From assembly GCF_009914755.1 (NCBI RefSeq), contig NC_060930.1: a DNA stretch of 64,000 nucleotides; one strand, written 5' to 3'. The position numbers and the translations under genes are program-made. The stretch's first letter is position 1. Each line of letters begins with the position of its first letter. The notes below the pieces were generated by a model. It did no database searches. It saw only the letters and a program-made list of their open reading frames with translations, and was not told the DNA's origin. Source of the DNA: the human T2T-CHM13v2.0 reference genome, Homo sapiens. Shown one piece after another: positions 16,191 through 34,855 of this stretch.

Positions 16191-17307
16191 TAAACTGTAA
16201 GATGCATTGATTCTGATGAACATGGCCTCTGCTTACGGCTTTGTTGACTGAAAAAGAAATAGGGAAGCAACATATGTCTAAGAGGTGCTCACCCAAGGGA
16301 CGAGGATATTTCATGCAAGATTTTCATTGCCCAAGATCCAAGCAGTCACGAAAGTGACTATTCTTTTCATCCTCCTGTGAAGGCTTTTTGCTGTTGCTGT
16401 TGGGAAGGATGTTTTTCATTGCATGGGTGTGACAACATAACCTTTTCCCATCTGAACAACACCCTGGCTTCCATGCTATGGGTCTTTTCATTGTGCTAGG
16501 AAGATCACGAAAGCAGGTGTCAGCAGGAATCCTGCAGAGCCATCAGTATCTTTCATGGGACCATAAATACATTTAATGGGTTTGAAAAACTCAAGTAATA
16601 ATCGCTGGAAAATGGATTTATTCCCTATTTGTCACCATTTGTTTATGTATTTATTGATGTCAAGGAAAACATAACACCAAAATAGCAAAAAAACCTAGAT
16701 ATTTTAAAGAATAAGAATAGAGTAAAACATTCACAACTAGTTAAATTTTAAAATAGTCTGTTGAGAATACTAAATAAACACGAAAATCTTTTATTTTTAA
16801 TGTAAAAGCGTTTAAGAACCTCTCAGAATCTGTTTGGAGACATTTTAAAGAGCCATGCTGAAGTTTTTCCTGGCACTGCCTATGCAAATGTACTCTAAGG
16901 GTAGGAAGGAATGGAGGTTTTATTCAAGAAAGAAATAATTTTTATTGTTATTAGATTGAGGGGCAACTTTAAGTCTAATATGTCCAGAAACTATGAAATG
17001 TTTGTGTAAGCTTAAAGAAATCCAGAAAATTACTACTAGTCTCCTTTGAGAATTTCTTAATTGAAAAAACTGAATGGTTCTCTTTTATATTCATCCAAAA
17101 GTTATGTTTGCTGACATGTAGGATGTCTTTTCTTGGAATAATAGAAGTTAAGGAAGGTCGATGTGGAACTGTATTTTCTATACTTCACGTTTTTTCACTT
17201 TTTTTTTTTAAAGAATAGATTATACTATTCTTCTTTCTCTCTTTTTTTTTTTTGCCATTGGAATAAATCCACAACCAGAGAAAAATATTAATTTGGTCCC
17301 TTTAAAT

Positions 17308-17530
17308 CAGGGGTGTACAATCTTTTGGCTTCCCTGGGCCACATTGGAAGAAGAATTGTCTTGGGCCACGCATAAAATACACTAACACTAATGAAAGCTG
17401 ATGAGCTTTAAAAAAAAGGTCCAAGCATAAGTCTCATAATATTTTACGAAAGTTTATGAATCTGTGTTGGGCCTCATTCAAAGCTGTCCTGGGCTGCTTG
17501 CAGCCTGTGGGCCACGGGTTGAACAGCTTG
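17308..17530 (+). mobile_element. MER30 (hAT-Charlie MITE)
   Basis: caggggtgtacaatcttttggcttccctgggccacattggaagaagaattg; perfect 8-bp TSD ctttaaat on both sides. Confidence 0.88.
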
Positions 17531-18260
17531 CTTTAAATCATTCTTTTTACCACAATTTGAACTTTAACTCCCTCTGTATTAAGTATTGTTGTGCTGCCGA
17601 GAAGACCTCTGAAAATTGAATAAAGACTTTTTTTTGCTAACTACTTTTTGTTAGTTAAAAAATGAAAAGGTAATTATTGCACCTCTGGTGACTTTATTCC
17701 CATGCTACTTATGTACTCTTCCTCTCTCCCTCATCTGAGTTGATATTTACAGTTCCTTGGCGAAAGAAGTTCCATGGTAGTCAATTAAATATTGCAGAAA
17801 TAATAACAGATACTGAGTTTTTATGTCCAAAAGAACTCGCGTATCTTAAGCCTGCTTAGGTCGTTTTTGTAAGGGTGTAGTGGTGAGATTAAAATTAATA
17901 ATTTTCTATGTACAAGAAATATAAAACGTAATAGAAGAATATACTTTGACAAGGCTAAATTTATTTTCCAGATGGATTTAATTTATTTTAAAATTTGAAT
18001 CACAAATTTTTATAGACAATGGGTTCTCTTAATTCTTACTTTTGACCACCACAAATGACAAGTTTGTTGATTTTCAATGAGAAATGAATGCTGTTTTTTC
18101 CAGACAAATGCTGCAAAAGCATTTTTGGTTGAAACTTTTTTTTTTTTAAATAAATATACTTTTTAAAGATTGGAGCTAAGGGAAAAGAAAAGATCATCCA
18201 TGCTCCTGATAATTCTTGACTTTTCTGTGATTAAAGTTATTTTTCTTTGTTCCTTCTCAT

Positions 18261-18567
<307 letters not shown>

Positions 18568-19293
18568 CCTACTCATATTAATTTTATGTTTTGTAAATCT
18601 TGGGTTCATTGAGAGGAAATAGGCATGACAGTTTTTAGTTGAAGGCAAAAATTATTTTTTAAAATATTATTCCCTTATGTTATAACATTTCCATGTGAGC
18701 ATAAACATATTTTAGTTCCTTGAACTGAATTTGTTTTGGTTTTCCAAATTCAGGGCTATTATGTGACTATAGAGCAAGCCAATTAAAGATGGAAACATTA
18801 GCTATCACATAAATCTATTACTTAACAACTTTTCTTCACAGCTCTAAAATACTGTGAAATATCTTTATCAGGATATACTAAGAACTTTTATAATTCCTAC
18901 AAAAATGAAATTATATTTCAAATATGGAATTTTTCTGGCTAAATGTGCTAATAAAAATAACCCAGGTTAATAAAGTAAAACTCTTGAAGATGTCAGATGC
19001 TATTCAGGATCCATTCCTAGCAGTTGTCACTTCTTTTTCCTTAGTTTATTCTATCAGGACATATCAATCATAGCAAATTAGTAAATAAATACAATTTTAG
19101 AAACCCAACGGTGTGTAAATTTGGGGGGAATTGTATGAAGACTGGCCTCCTGGCTTTCATATGTTTAATTTGCCTAAAATGGTGAAGTGTCAGCTAATTA
19201 AATACATAGCCCTGTGTGGTTGCCCGAATGAATGTGAGTTCACCTTCTGCTGTGTCTTCATGCTCCAGCTGGTGACTTGGCGTGCATTGCTAG

Positions 19294-19752
<459 letters not shown>

Positions 19753-19984
19753 TAGAAATTAGTTTTCTCAAAGATTAAAATGTTATTGATTATTGATAAC
19801 AGTTATTATTTCAGTATTATTAATGTATTAATTATATGATTAATCTGACATCATTATTTAATTTTAGGCTTGTGGTAACAGGGAAAGAACATTTTTACAA
19901 ATGGTAGTGTGACATTTTTGATTGTCAGCTCTCTTCAATTTCTATGTAGCTTTAAAAATGTTTAGTTTGCAAAAGCAGAAAGGA

Positions 19985-20150
19985 CAGGAGACGGGTGAGG
20001 GTTAAAAAAATTACCCACTGGGTACAATATTCACTGGCTGGGAGATGGGTTCACTGGAAGCCCAAGCTTCACCATGATGCAGTATATTCATGTGACAAAC
20101 CTGCATGTGCAGCCCCTGAATCTAAAATTTAAAAATAAGATAAAAGTAAA
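19985..20150 (+). mobile_element. L1 (L1PB-like) 3' end fragment
   Basis: tgggtacaatattcac...catgtgacaaacctgcatgtg...ctgaatctaaaat plus A-rich tail. Confidence 0.7.
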
Positions 20151-20686
20151 ATTTTTGGTTTGTATTCCATTATTTAGGAATGCAGCTGTACCCAGAAGGA
20201 TTTCAGTTGTCTAGCTTACCTGATCGATACCCAAACCAAACAAGTTAATAAAGATCCACAACTGGAAGGGAGTGTTTTTGGACCGTGTTTTCTTTTCTAC
20301 TTCCTCACATTTATGCTGGATATTGGCGGCTTTTCCTTCATTATGTGCTATGAAGACCCATGGTAGACTGCAATATTAGACAATTTTGTCATGGAAAAAT
20401 CTGTGAAATGGATGACATTTGCCCCTCTGGCACTCTCACTGCAATATAGGTTCCTCTCCCCTATAGAATCTCTTCCCTCAGTCAGTCTGCTCTGAAGACA
20501 GGGTGATTACAGTACATTTAATATACTGTTTGCCTATCCCAGGAGTTTTTTTTTTATTTTAAGCCTTATTTTAGAATTATAAATGTGTCCACTATTAATG
20601 GAATTTTAAACAAGAAGGAGGAAGCAGGTAAGGACATGCTATGGGAAGAGGGAAATTTTTGTACTGCCTTAAAAATTACAAATTGG

Positions 20687-20983
<297 letters not shown>

Positions 20984-21434
20984 AAAAATTACAAATTGGT
21001 TGCTCGTCACACATTCCCCATCACTTTGAGTATAGATTATTCAGCAATTTGCACCAGGTGTATTCATGTTTCTTGTCTATTAAGGACAGCTATAATGCAT
21101 TTGTAATACACTGACAATTAGTTTTATTAAGAAAATCCTATATAAGATTTTGCATTTATAAAATAAATGAGTTACTTCAAAGTACTCATTTCAGAATTTC
21201 TTCAAATAATAAGATGTGGCATAACCTGGTTCAATAGAGATTCAATTCACTTATATTTTCTAGGACTATATTTGTTACTTAAAGCAAAATATAAGTTTTA
21301 AAAAGAATGCTATCGTTGAGAAAACACGTTTCCAGTGTTCTAAGGAATTAGAAGTTAGCCATTATGACTACTGATTTGAAATGCCTCCATATGCTGTTTT
21401 AAATACTGTGTCTCACCTCCGCTTTCGCTTTTGA

Positions 21435-24101
<2,667 letters not shown>

Positions 24102-24139
24102 TAAGGTGTTCAGTGGTGTTCATGGCAATGCCTAAGAAG

Positions 24140-24310
24140 TTTTTATTCTATTGCATTTAGCACCTACTATGTCCACGCACCGTGTTAAGAGCTTTGCACA
24201 TGTGACATAATTTCATCCTCTGAACGGTCCCTAGGGTTTGCATTGTTATCCCTGTTTTCCAGATGCAGAAGCTGCGGCTCAGGATCTGAGGGGCTTGCCC
24301 TAAGGCAGAC
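24140..24310 (-). mobile_element. MIR
   Basis: ttagcacctactatgt...gttatccctgttttccagatgcagaagctgcggctcag. Confidence 0.6.
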
Positions 24311-25743
24311 ACCTCAGAGTTGCCATTCCAATTCCAAATGGCCTAATTTCACAGCCATTACTAACCCACATTGCCTCTAATTCCACAGTCTTTTCACTGT
24401 CCTACATTGCCTCTTTGAATTCTTTGGCATACACTCTTAACCTGTGAAAATGTGTCACAACCATGATGCCCAACTCAGGTTCTTCTTAGTTGTTCAAGTG
24501 CCGCCATGTGTTTAAGGGATCCATAGAAGCTGGTTAGATACATATGTAGGCTTATCTTGTTCTTGTCTTTATCTTGTTCTCATCTTCTGCATGCAAAACT
24601 CTCAACCAAACAAACCCTGAGACAAACTCAGATATCTTGGGTATGAATTGCTCAGACAGTGCAATTAGTGCATGTTGTCTAAAACCTCCAGAAAATGTAT
24701 GTTAAAGATCATTGTCACAAAGAGGAGTTACAGGCAGATGTGTGCTTTGTATTTCTATAACAGAGGGTTGAACAAAGTCCGCTATGAACTGGAATTTATG
24801 TCCAGGGCAGGGTCCGAGGCATTTACCATAAATTTGCATTCAGTTAAATGGTGCTTTAAACCCTCCTTGTATGTAATTGGGGCTTTATAGAACATTCTTG
24901 AATGAATGTATTTTTTTTTTTTGCAGATCTGTACAATGCATTGTTATTTTAGCCCAATGTAAAGACATAGAACAATGCCCCATATCAAACTCAGTTTTCC
25001 ACTAAGATTGACTGTTTTAATCAAACCTAGCACCCTGAGAGTAGATGTAAAACTCAACGTTCCCTTGTATATAGCAGGAACTCCATAAATATTTAATAAA
25101 TAAATGAAGGAATGAGAGAAATAAGTGTCTGACCTGCGAGTAGCGGTCAGAAAGCCCAAGCACTTTGCCGAGCGGTCAATGCTGGACCAGAGTAGACTGG
25201 AGCTGATGAGAAACATCTCCATGTGAGGCAGAGACAGACAGAAACAACAAGTGTAAGGGTGCTGCTGCATCTTCTTACTGTCTGAGCAAATACTTCTCAA
25301 GCAGCCCCACAGCGTTCAGCAAGCTTTGAGACAGCATTGTGCTTTTATACTCGGCGATTGGTGATTGGGACCTGAGTCAGCTGGGAATAGCTGTGTTTAG
25401 TTTAACATCCCCAGAAAAGTGGGACAGCATCTAGTACATTTTAGACATAATTTTCTCTATCCTTCCAATCCTTCCTTCCTCCAACTTCCACATGGCTAAA
25501 ATAAAGCTACAGCTACTAAGATCTTAAGTTTTCTATGGCAAATTTACTTATGCCACACACTCTCATTCCCACAGTATTGTCAGAAAGCTGTGACTTTACT
25601 GTATTCTTAATTGACATTCATATCTGTTGTGGAGAAGTCATAATTTGAGACTATCATTATCTAATATATTTGAGCTATTGGTTTAAAATTCTGTTTAGAG
25701 CTTCTATTTGAAATGATGTGTCACTACTAATAGTTTGGTATGA

Positions 25744-25914
<171 letters not shown>

Positions 25915-26891
25915 TAAACTTCTTTACACATCCCCGTTGTTTTCATGCTGTTGAGAAGAGAAAAATGGTGGACATTGTGTAATGATAAATGAAGTGGTCT
26001 TTGTTTGTTCTTCTTCTCTAGTTTTAACTACTTATATGTACTTGTATAGAGTTTATTTTAATACTCGGAAAAATCTGTGGTTCTCCTGGTAACTAGCTTG
26101 TTTTCTTCTCATAGCCAAGATAAGGCATGGGCCTTCGTTTTTCATTTGCCTTGACTGGTTAGGAAGGTCAAATGAATGCATGGCCCAACCATAGCAATTA
26201 TAGACCCAATGGATGGCCGTTCAAAGGAACTTATATTTTCCCTGTCCTGGTAGCTTCATTTTATTTTTAGGTTTTGTTTATTGTTTGATTAAACATTACA
26301 CATATTTTCTGTAAGTCATCTCAAATCCTTTCTCAAAGGACACAGGGTAAAAATAAACAAACAAAAAACCCTGAATGATACTGGAAATTTTTATTAGATC
26401 ATCTTTTGAATCTTCCAACAAGTGTTGGACTAAAATTATGTATTAGTATTTCATGTATGTCTAAACAGCTTTAATTGCTTGGGGTTAAGATAAATGTTTA
26501 GGAGGTTTTGGTGGGTTGAGGGTAACAGAACACTTTACAATATTCAGGAATTTAAAGTACTTTTTCTAAGAATAAAAAAATTATTTATACTGTAATTCCC
26601 AACCAAAACTTCCCATTTATAATGATAAGGTTTAGGGAAATGTACTAAAAGACTATGACATTTTCAGTCATAGGTGATCTAAAGATGCATGTTATCATTT
26701 CTTAAAGGAAGAGAAATTTATAGTAGGAAGAATGCACATTAAAGCAAAATGCTATTGCAAACAATTTTGAATGGAAACAGCATGGGGTAGATTTCAAAAT
26801 AGAGTTTATATAAATTTTATTTTAATGCCAAAACAATACCCACCAAAGTGGCTTGCTTGCAGGGCTTCCTCCAGTAGCCTGAGTGTCTAAA

Positions 26892-27038
26892 GCAGTGGTT
26901 CTCAAACTTAAGCCAGCTCAGGATCACTGAGGATTTTGTCAAATACAAGTCTCGGGTAGGGCTGGGTGATTTGAGTATCTGACAAGTTCCTATGTGATGC
27001 TGAGGCTTCAGGTCCAGGACCATGCTTTGAGAACCACC
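26892..27038. mobile_element. MER5A-type hAT MITE
   Basis: Terminal inverted repeats cagtggttctcaaa ... tttgagaaccac. Confidence 0.75.
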
Positions 27039-27672
27039 AGCAAAGAGCACGAGCTTGTTCCTTAATAGAGATAATTATAGCTTTCTTCAAGTTTTACAGT
27101 TCCTTAGAATGTGACGTTTTCTGCATGCATACTATATTAGGCAACGTGATTACAAATTATATTGTTTTTGTTACAGCAACTTTGATTTTTAACATTAACA
27201 GCAAAATGGAAAGATTTTATGTCTTTAATATGCTAGCAATTCACATTCATTGCAAGAAGTTAAAACAATTCATATTGAAATATATGAAACAGAAAATAAA
27301 CATTCTTCACCCAAACTACTTCTCAAAGATAACCACTGTTAACCATTTGCGGTATAACCTTCCATAATTTTTTTCTCTGCAGTTTTAAGCTTATATATGC
27401 AAATGGATATATCTTTATTTTTGCAAAATAACCAGCCCTGTAATCTGAGTTCACATATACGTAGAACGTATGTAGAATTGTCTGCATAATATTCTACCAC
27501 ATGGATGGGCCACAAATTATTTAATCTCTTCCCTCAACTGAGAGACACATTGTTTCCTTCTTTCCAGCATTAGACACAATGTACTTAATGGTAAAAATAT
27601 TTTGAACATCTTTTGTGATTTGAGAAACTTAAAACAATTTACATGTTATATGGGTAAGCAATTATAATATGA

Positions 27673-27977
<305 letters not shown>

Positions 27978-28146
27978 TGTACTTTACTTTTTAAGACTTT
28001 ATGAATGATATTGACAAAAAGAATGTCTTCTACTCACATTACGGTTTCCTTCTGTGGAAGCTTCAGGGGTATATACATATATAATTGGACTAATGTGATC
28101 ATTTCAAAATGTCCAATATATTCTTTAATCTATGTCATGGATTTAG

Positions 28147-28299
<153 letters not shown>

Positions 28300-28508
28300 T
28301 AGCCATAGAATTACAGCTTCTATCTTCCTTCTCCCCCTCATTTATAATGAATGGTCATGGGTTAGTTACTTTTACCCATGTGAGAAGAAGAGCCTCAAAA
28401 GAGGCAGAACTTGGTGTTTCCCCCAGAGAGCGTTAGTTCTCTTCCTGCAGGCTGCACCCTCTAGAAAATGTGGCCCTTTACTTTGTTCTTAAATTGGCCC
28501 TTTCAGAG

Positions 28509-28860
28509 GAGGGGTCCGCAAACTACAACCTGTAGGTTGTAGCCCACTACCTATTTTTGTAAGACCCATGAGCTCAGAATAGTTTTTACATTTTTAAATG
28601 ATTGCCAGAAAAAAGAATATTTTGTGGCATGGTAATTACGTGAAATGCACATTTCAGTGTCCATACGCAAAGTTTTACTGGAACACAATACACTCACTTA
28701 ATTATGCACTGTCTAACTCATTTTTTATGTGTTGTTTATGTATTGTCTATCTTCTTTTTTGCACTCTAAAAGCGGATTGAGTAGCTGCAATAGAGACCAT
28801 ACGGCCTATGAGGCTTAACATATTCGCTTCCTGGCCCTTTACAGAAGAAGTTTTCCACCT
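28509..28860. mobile_element. MER58B-like hAT element
   Basis: ggggtccgcaaactac...aaagttttactggaacaca...ctggccctttacagaagaagttt. Confidence 0.7.
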
Positions 28861-29087
28861 TTAATCCAAAGTAACACTTTTCCCCCTTAGGCATAGGAAT
28901 GAGGCAAAGGAAAGTATTTCTTCCTTTGCTAGACACAAGAGTTATCTCAGGATCGTGGAGCATACTGATGCAATATTCATTTATCCCTTTGCCTTTTACT
29001 GATTAAAACATGATAATACATAAGCTTTGAGAAGACACTTATTGCTTGCTTTTTATTTTCTCTGGATTGCTTCACCTTGTTGCATAG

Positions 29088-29699
<612 letters not shown>

Positions 29700-29720
29700 T
29701 GACAGTACCATGCCACAGCT

Positions 29721-29840
29721 AAGGTTGGAAGACTTAGCAAATAAAAATATTACATGGGACATATTTATATGAAAAAAATTATTTCCTGTTCACTTAAAGT
29801 CAGATTTAACTGGGCATCTTTTGTTTACTTGGTGATGCTT
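29721..29840. mobile_element. MER53-like DNA element
   Basis: ttagcaaataaaaatat...tttaactgggcatc. Confidence 0.5.
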
Positions 29841-31601
29841 ATCACAACCCAAGTCAAGAATTTAGCTGAAACTTGTGACATTATTTGTTTGGACTAGCAT
29901 TTCCCAAAGTGTGTTCCAATGGATATTGTAGATTAGTGGTTGTAATATATATGTATATACTTAAAAGGTTCTGTGATTAGCTATGTGATTTAAACAAGGT
30001 TGGATAAGTTTCTTACTGTTGTAATACTTAGATCACTGAATAGTCTTGTTGAGAATCTCCAAGAAAAGGAATGTTTCCCTAGCATGTTCGGCAGCTGAGC
30101 ACTTTTTTGATCAGCCCTCCTTTGGAGAATGCCAATCCTCATGTAGCTGGGCTTCCTGTGGGAGTGTGGGCTTTCCACTGGGTAAGAATGCACCATTTTC
30201 CCTTCTCTGCTGATCTGCACTATCCTGCCGCCCCTGATGTAAGTCTGTCTTCCTTCTGAAAATGGCTTGTTCTCCCTGAAGAGCAGGAGCTAGGAGACCT
30301 TTATCCAGGTCATCGTGGAGCCCGTATATCAATATATCTCCATCTTTTCTGCTCAGTCCCCTGCTCAAGCTGCTTTGGAAGAAGTCATTCTAGATTTGCA
30401 TCAGGCATGGAGGAGAGAGATTCATCTTCTTTCCCTCAGTTTGAAATGAATTGCAATGTCAATTATAAAGCTTAAGTCTTTTTAAACCAAGGCAGAGTGA
30501 AGATGTTTCCTTTCAGGAATCAAGCTGGAATTCTTATGCAACGTTATTGACTATGATAAGCCCAATCAGTTTGAACATGAATACTGTATCCAAAATGGGA
30601 ATTCTGTTGGAAGTTAGTCTTTCCGTGAAAAAGTTACAAATAAACAGGAAAACTTGACACATCTAAAAAATTCACACCAAAAAAACATGGAAACACGTAC
30701 AGAGGGAGAGGAACAATGGGAAGAAAATTTCTACTCTGTCCATTGACCCAGTGAGTATAAATTTGAATTTACCTTTGAATTTCTAGTATTGACATCTGAC
30801 CTCTGCATGCATTAATGTGTTTAATTTTAAAGACTGAAATATAATTAAAACATAATTAGTAATTGGTCGTAAACAAAAATTGACTATTTTGGATTTGATT
30901 TTAATTACGGCTGCTATTATTTCACATTTTATTTTGTCTGCTTTTATTTAGGCCTTCCAACATGTTCTCTTCATCTACTTTATATTTTTGGACTTTTATT
31001 TGGCATGAAAGTCAATATTTTTCCTGGCATTTTTGCCTCTTATTTTCTTTGCAAATCATAACATATATATGTTCACTCCTGTCCAGTCTCCTGATTCCCT
31101 AGTCGAAGCTAAAGAATAATTTTCCTCTGGACAGCATTTGAAAATAAGTACAAATCAATACACAGTCTTATGGAAAAGTTAAATGTGGGGACAGTAACAT
31201 ATCATCCTCATATCGCATTTTAATGCACTATAATTTGTTAGTTTAAAAAGACTTCCATATGCCCTTTCTTATTTCTACTGTTTCACTAACAACTTCATTA
31301 AACATTTTCTTCTTTATTAACTGTAATCATAGTTATTTTTATCTTTTAATCTTTTTAAACCACTTTCTTGATGTATGCATAGAAAAAGTTCTGCATATTT
31401 AATCCATACATGTCGATGAGTTTGGGATAAGAATACATTCACAAAATCATCATCCCGCTAAGGCCACAGACACATCCATCACCTCCCAAAGTTCCCTCCC
31501 ACTCCCACTCCTTTATTGTTAGTATTCTTCTTTTTTCTTTCTTTATAGTAAGAGCACTCACCATGAAAGTGGTATTTTTTTGTGATAAGAAATTAAATTT
31601 T

Positions 31602-32098
31602 TACTATTACAAAGATACATGCACATGTATGTTCATTGCAGCACTATTCACAATAGCAAAGAGATGGAGTCAACCCAAATGCCCATCAACGATAGACTAG
31701 ATAAAGAAAATGTGGTCCATATACACCATGGAATACTATGCAGCCATAAAAGGAATGAGATTATGTGCTTTGCAGGGACATGGATGGAGCTGGAAGCCAT
31801 TGTCCTCACCAAATTAACACAGGAACAGAAAACTAAACACCGCATGTTGTCACTTGTAAGTGGGAGCTGAACAATGAGAACACATGGACACAGGGAGGTG
31901 AACAACATACAGTGGCGCCTGTCAGAGGGTCAGGTAGGGGAAGAGAGAGCATTGGGAAAAATAGCTAATGCATGCAGGGCTTAATACTTAGGTGATGGGT
32001 TGATCTGTCCAGCAAACCACCATGGCACATGTTTACCTGTGTAACAAACCTGCACATCCTGCACCTGTACCCCAGAACTTAAAAATAAAAATTAAAAA
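31602..32098 (+). mobile_element. 5'-truncated older L1PA element (ORF2 end, 3' UTR, polyA)
   Basis: ORF2 C-terminal peptide FAGTWMELEAIVL; AATAAA at 32084; 15-bp TSD aagaaattaaatttt at 31587 and 32099. Confidence 0.88.
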
Positions 32099-32124
32099 AA
32101 GAAATTAAATTTTAAAAATGTATT

Positions 32125-32582
32125 AATACTAGCTCTGTTGAGATAAAATTCATATACCATAAAGTTCATTCTTCTAAAGTTAGTGGATGTTAATATATTT
32201 ACAGTTGTGCAATGATCACCACTATTAGATTCCATAATATTTTCATCACCCCAGGAGAAACTCCGTACTCATTAGCAGTCAGCCCTCATTCCTCCCTCCT
32301 CCCAACCCATGGAAACCACTAACATACTTTCTCTCTCTATGGATTTACCTATTTGGGACATTTTGTATAAATGGAATCATGTCATATGTGGCTTTTTGGG
32401 TCTGGCTTCTTTCACTTAGCATAATTGTTTTCAAGATTCATTCACATTATAGAATACATCAGTACTTCATTTTTTTTATTCCATTGTATGGATATACAGC
32501 ATTTTTTCCATTCATCAGTCAGTGGTCATTTGGGTTATTTCCACTTTTTGGTTATTGTGAATAATGCTGCCTTGAACATTTG
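32125..32582 (-). mobile_element. L1M (L1MB-like) 3' fragment
   Basis: ttgagataaaattcatataccata...ataaatggaatcat...ttccactttttggttattgtgaataatgctgc. Confidence 0.75.
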
Positions 32583-34461
32583 TTTTGTTTGTTTGGTTTT
32601 GTTCTACTTGATCTGACTTCTCTGTTGGATAATAAACTCCTTGCAGTTGAGACAATGTCTTCTGCTTCATCTCTAATTCCTTGTGGTACCTAAGTATGTA
32701 CCTTTGGATATCCAAGCAAGACCTTAAGGTATAGGCATTTTCCATGTCCTAAAAGCCAGTGCTCTTTTTTTTTTTCAGGTTCTGTATCTACAGCAAATCT
32801 GATAATAGATGATATATATGGAATGTGATGAGCCAAATGAACATCTTCAAGAATTTGTAGCATGACCTTGTTAAAAGTTGCAGAAAAACATCAGTCATTA
32901 TGGAAAACAGATCTTCCCCACCACAGCTGGGTCTCCAGATAGAAAATACTGAGAAATTCAAAAATTCATTTGAGCTGGACCAACTGTACAATGTGCAAAT
33001 ATCCCTGAGTTTCAAATGGCTGTCATTTACCTTCTGTCTCTAAACTTCTACTGAGAATAATTTTTAAAAATATTTTGTAATATCTCTGGAGCAAAAGCCT
33101 TACTTCTTTGGTGACATTTTTCACTTATTTTTTTCATGTCTACTTGATAAACTACTGAAGAGAATAAACAAAACGACTATGGTTGATGGCTGGCAACTAT
33201 GTTTATGTGAAGAGGCTGAAGCTTTTCACATTGGTGCTGAGTTGACTTGTAAAATATCCAGTTTTACATAGTTCTGAATGGTTTAAAATGACATTCAGGT
33301 GGGCCAAAGTAAGGTGGTCAACTTTTTTTTTTAATTGTAAATATATTTCATTACATCTGAAAGTTATTTTTACTTGGAGCCAGGATGGTTCTATTTTAGA
33401 AAAATTATGCCTATGTTTATTTGGTCTTAAGAAAAAGAACACCAAAATCACCCAGTAGATTGTTTACTTAATGCCAGAGGACTTAACTGTCACTCATCTC
33501 AGGAAGTGAACTCATTTGCTGGTAAAAGCATCATTTCTGTGGCCTGCTGCATGCACTGGAGTATTTCAGCACCTCAAGGAGTTACCCATAACACCAGAGT
33601 CCATGAAGGAAATGATATACTTTTCCCTTTTCTTGTTCACCCTGTGATGCAAAAACCTTACAATGTATTTATTTTTTATCTGGCGAAAAGCAATAATGAA
33701 AAGAAATGACACTGAACTGATAATGAGGAAAAGCAAGACGACATTCCTAAAGGTTAAATTGACAAGGGAAAGAAAATGGTAGGCCAGGAAACAATGGCAA
33801 GATAATCCCAAAGTTTACAGGGTGTGAACCTGAAAACTGATTTGAATAAGCTCAGAAGTAATTTGTCTTGGATCCCAGGTATATTGACATTGGAATGACC
33901 AAAGGAAAGTTTGTGTTTAATACTTTTTCATGAAATGGCCATTCCACCCCTAAACGGATGGATAATTTACAACTTCTCTCTGCTTAACATTCATTGGCTG
34001 CATCAGAACACACCAGAGTCATTGCCTCAAGGGCCATCTCTTGGGCCTCAGAATAGGAGCTGGGGGCTTCTTACTGTGATCCCAGGAGGGCTGGACAGAC
34101 TACTCGAGGTTGCCATTGCCCTTTGTGGGTGGAGTTTGTTTTTACAATGTAATATTCATGTCATTCAAACTAGGCTAAAAAGGCTGGTAGAATAATGACA
34201 TAGGAGTTTATATACCTTCTACTTCAATTTCCCCTTAATTACACTGTGGAATGGTGATTTTAATAGAGCATCTTCATATTTACAAATAATTTTATTGGTT
34301 AGTTCAACTTTTAAGAAGTGGGGGCAGTTTTATGTAGTATAAAGTAAGTAGTCTTTGGAGCCAGAGTACCTGAAGTTCACATTCTCTTTTTGCTGTCTTT
34401 TACCATCTGCATGTCTCAGGCATGCTGTAAATCCTCCCAGAGCCTTGGTGTCCTTGGCTGA

Positions 34462-34855
34462 TGTATTAGTCCGTTTTCATACTGCTATAAAGATACTACC
34501 TGAGACTGGATAATTTATAAAGGAAAGAGGTTTAATTGACTCACAGTTCTAAATGGCTGGGGAGACCTCAGGAAACTTACAATCATGGCAGAAGGGAAAG
34601 CAGGCACATCTTACATGGTGGCAGGCAAGAGAGAGAGAGTGAGAGCGAGAACGAGAGAGCAAGTGTGCAGGAAAAACTACCATTTATAAAACCATCAGAT
34701 CTCGTGAGAATTTACTCACTATCATGAGAACAGCATGGGGGAAACTGCCCCCATAATCCAATCACTTTCCACCAGATCCCTCCCTGGACATGTAGGTATC
34801 ATGGGGATTATAATTTAAGATGAGATTTGGGTGGGGATACAGCCAAACCATATCA
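34462..34855 (-). mobile_element. THE1D/MST-type MaLR solo LTR
   Basis: tgtattagtccgttttca...ccaaaccatatca; TSD gctga on both sides. Confidence 0.88.
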
